DNA of 58,013 nucleotides from a virus (Duplodnaviria; Heunggongvirae; Uroviricota; Caudoviricetes): IMG/VR virus record IMGVR_UViG_3300045988_029198, positions 1 to 58,013 of that record; one strand, 5' to 3'. Shown piece by piece: positions 55,341 to 58,013 of this stretch (position 1 is its first letter; each line of letters starts with the position of its first letter). The notes under the pieces were generated by a model. It saw only the letters and a program-made list of their open reading frames with translations, ran no database searches and was not told where the DNA came from. The position numbers and the translations under genes were made by a program.

Positions 55341-55380
55341 TAAAATAATTCTTGACAGATTACACAACACCTTTTAAAGT
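55341..55380 (+). promoter_or_regulatory. conserved promoter module copy (tandem with previous)
   Basis: TAAAATAATTCTTGACA, 17-bp spacer, TAAAGT -10. Confidence 0.6.
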
Positions 55381-55412
55381 TAGCGACAACCAAACAACAA
55401 GAGGAAAACGTA

Positions 55413-56174
55413 ATGTTCGAAGTTAAATTACTTGTAACTGCTCCGGGTCTGGAAACTGCGATCAACAATCTGGCAAACGCTATTGCGACTGGTGCTGCAC
55501 CACTCATGACTGCTCAGGGTGATGGTATCACTAAAGAAACCGTGACTGTCGTTGCTGAATCATTGCCTGTTGTATCTGCACCAACTGAAGATGTTGACGA
55601 TAATGAAACCAGCACTGAAGAGTTCGACAAATGGGGTTTGCGTCATGATCCGCGTATCCACACTGACAGTAAATCCCTGAACAAAGGTGATGGTCTGTGG
55701 CGTCAAAAGAAAAAACTGGATGAAGCGTTTGTTGACGGTGTTAAACGTGAACTTATCGCTGAAGCAGTTGAAGCAGGGCGTTATACTGGACCTGCAGAAC
55801 TTGCACCGGGTTATGTAGCACCTGTTGATCCTGCTCCAGCGGTTCCTGCCGCTCCGGTAGCTCCAGTTGTACCAGCAGCACCGGCTGCACCAGTCGAGCA
55901 ACCTGTAATCACGGATCCGGCTAAAGTTTATAACACCCAGGTTCTTCAGTCAGCACTAATGCAGATGTTTGGACAAATTACGGGCGACCGTGCCGCGCCA
56001 TTAAGTCAGCGAATCATGGGACTGTATGAAACTCAGAATGTAATGCAGATTGATGACCCGGTGAAACTGAAATCTATCATCGAACTGATTGAACGTATTA
56101 ACGCTGCCCCTGCTGATGCTGAAAATATTGTCGGTCAGGCTGAGTCTGTTAAACAAATGGGTGGGGCATTCTGA
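55413..56174 (+). CDS. hypothetical protein with Pro/Ala-rich linker
   Basis: track ORF 253 aa; first gene after the tandem promoters. Confidence 0.45.
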   Translation: MFEVKLLVTAPGLETAINNLANAIATGAAPLMTAQGDGITKETVTVVAESLPVVSAPTEDVDDNETSTEEFDKWGLRHDPRIHTDSKSLNKGDGLWRQKKKLDEAFVDGVKRELIAEAVEAGRYTGPAELAPGYVAPVDPAPAVPAAPVAPVVPAAPAAPVEQPVITDPAKVYNTQVLQSALMQMFGQITGDRAAPLSQRIMGLYETQNVMQIDDPVKLKSIIELIERINAAPADAENIVGQAESVKQMGGAF

Positions 56175-57319
56175 TGACCAGTCACGCTACCTTTAGTGCC
56201 AGTGGATCAAAACGTTGGTTAGCTTGTCCGGGTAGCGTTCAACTGTCACAGCGGATTGATTATGTAGAACCATCATCACCCAGTGCTGAAGAAGGTACAG
56301 CCGGACACTGGGTGTTAGAACAGAAGATTAAAGGCAAACCGCCATTAATGCCGTGTCTTGCTCCTAACGGTGTTCAGGTTACTGAAGACATGCATATTTA
56401 CGCGGATGACTTTATAGCAGATGTTCTTTCAGTTGGTGCGAAACTTGATCCGCTGTTTTCAGAAGTTCGCATTCACATTGACTGGTTGTTACCAGGTCAG
56501 TACGGAACCTGTGATTATCGCTGGTATGATTTTAATACTGATACGCTTTATGTATGGGATTATAAATATGGTCATGTTGCAGTTGACGCAGTTGATAACT
56601 CACAGGGGGTCTATTATGCACTGGACCAACGTTGCATCGACACCGTTAAGCGCGTTGTGTTCACAATTGTTCAGCCACGGGCTTATCACCCACTCGGACC
56701 TGTAAGACGATGGGAGTTTAACCGGGCAACATTGATGGAATGGGCTGAACGATTTAAACACGGGTTTAACGAAGCACATAAACCAGACGCACCTTTAAAT
56801 GTTGGTAGTCATTGTCATTACTGCCCGGCGCGTGGTATGTGTCCGGCAATGTATGAGAGGGTTTTAGAATTGGCTACTGTTCTTGACGCACCACCATCAC
56901 TTACGCCAGAAGAAGTAGCGCGTCGTCTGGCACTTCTTGAAGAACTGTATACGCGTTCTTCTGAAGCAAAAACAGCGTTACATACTCAGGGGTTACATTT
57001 TGTTCGCATGGGTAAGGCTTTACCGGGTTTTAAACTTGCAACAAAACAAACCCGACGTCAGCTTACGGACGAAGGAAAACTGATCGGTGCTGCACCAATG
57101 TTTGGTGTAAACCCTGAAACATTGTACGAACGTAAATTAAAACCATTGTCAACACTGGAAAAATCACTGCCTCCGGCACTTGTTGACATGTGTACGACAA
57201 AACCAGAAGGTCAGCCAGTTTTAGTACCTGACAGTGACCCGCGTAAAGGTCACAGCACACTGGCAGAATCTGTTTTTAATAAACCCGTGACGATGCCGAC
57301 TGGCGCACGTCCACTTTAA
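56174..57319 (+). CDS. PD-(D/E)xK nuclease (DUF2800-like, Cas4-like Cys cluster)
   Basis: 381 aa; N-terminal FSASGSKRWLACPGS, C-terminal CHYCPARGMCP; ATGA overlap with upstream gene. Confidence 0.6.
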   Translation: MTSHATFSASGSKRWLACPGSVQLSQRIDYVEPSSPSAEEGTAGHWVLEQKIKGKPPLMPCLAPNGVQVTEDMHIYADDFIADVLSVGAKLDPLFSEVRIHIDWLLPGQYGTCDYRWYDFNTDTLYVWDYKYGHVAVDAVDNSQGVYYALDQRCIDTVKRVVFTIVQPRAYHPLGPVRRWEFNRATLMEWAERFKHGFNEAHKPDAPLNVGSHCHYCPARGMCPAMYERVLELATVLDAPPSLTPEEVARRLALLEELYTRSSEAKTALHTQGLHFVRMGKALPGFKLATKQTRRQLTDEGKLIGAAPMFGVNPETLYERKLKPLSTLEKSLPPALVDMCTTKPEGQPVLVPDSDPRKGHSTLAESVFNKPVTMPTGARPL

Positions 57320-57335
57320 AAGAAGGTTAATAACA

Positions 57336-58013
57336 TGGCACAGAAAGAATCTTTTGTAACTCCGGTTGGTCGTCTGGTTGGCGGTTCTTTTTTCGATATC
57401 AACACTCATGACCACGAAAATAAACCGTTAGCACCTGAAAAACACAACTGGTGGGTTGGTCTGGCGTTTCCTAAAACAGCGGCGAACTGGTGGGAAGAAC
57501 AAGGTGAACTGGGTGCGGTATTCCAGGCCATCATGCGAGCGGCTAACTCACACTATGTAAACGGTGAACCACAACAACCTACTTTCGCATGGAAAATTAT
57601 TAACGGTGACGATCCGAAACATGCCAGTAAAACTGGTTATCCTGGTCACTGGGTAATTGGTTTCTCACGCAACGTGGCTATTGACGCGTGTCCGGTTTAT
57701 AACGCAGCGTACCAGCCAGTTATTGATAAAAATCTGGCGAAAAAAGGTTATTACTACCGTATCAGCGGATCATCTGTTGCAAACGGTCGTACAGGTAATC
57801 AGGCTGGCGTGTATATCAACATGGAAATGGCACAATTGCTTTATGCAGGTGAAGAAATCATTTCCGGTCCGGCTCCTGCCTCTGTGTTCGGTGCGGCTCC
57901 TGCAATGCCTGAAGGTGCACGTCCGATCGGCGTAACACCAGCGGCAGCACCTGTAGCAGCGCCTACACCAGCGGCAGCACCTGTAGCAGCGCCTACACCA
58001 GCGGCAGCACCTG
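57336..58013 (+). CDS. N-terminal part of putative ssDNA-binding protein (DUF2815 / gp2.5-like); continues at 1..252
   Basis: ATG with AAGAAGG upstream; frame open to window end; follows DUF2800 nuclease and precedes DNA polymerase. Confidence 0.5.
57935..58013. repeat. 30-bp tandem repeat, 2.6 copies, same unit as 1..111
   Basis: acaccagcggcagcacctgtagcagcgcct units at 57935-57964, 57965-57994, partial to 58013. Confidence 0.9.

Noticed and set aside
1-58013. Integrase / lysogeny module
   Set aside because: No tyrosine or serine recombinase-like ORF recognised on either strand; genome appears virulent, though only sequence reading was possible

Overview
The window reads as a complete, circularly permuted genome of a tailed dsDNA phage (siphovirus-like, ~58 kb): both window ends fall inside the same 30-bp tandem repeat of one gene (57336..58013 continuing into 1..252). 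Minus-strand morphogenesis operons (terS, terL, portal, head, major tail, tape measure, tail tip) and a minus-strand replication/nucleotide block are interleaved with plus-strand cassettes of small genes, each fired by a copy of one conserved sigma70-like promoter module (AAAATAATTCTTGAC[G/A], at least 14 copies). Notable content: an endosialidase-like tail fibre with C-terminal chaperone (K1-capsule host inferred), three paralogous T5orf172 homing-endonuclease-like genes plus a relic, an N-terminally truncated host-like SSB, RdgC, dUTPase, two DNA methyltransferases, two SLOG-superfamily proteins, an HD (p)ppGpp-hydrolase-like protein, ParB-like, HNH, VRR-NUC and DUF2800 nucleases, a G/GT -1 frameshift, and iteron-rich regulatory regions. 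No rRNA, CRISPR array, integrase or canonical tRNA was found. All calls are from reading the sequence and the ORF track without database searches; promoter and terminator coordinates are approximate (a few nt).
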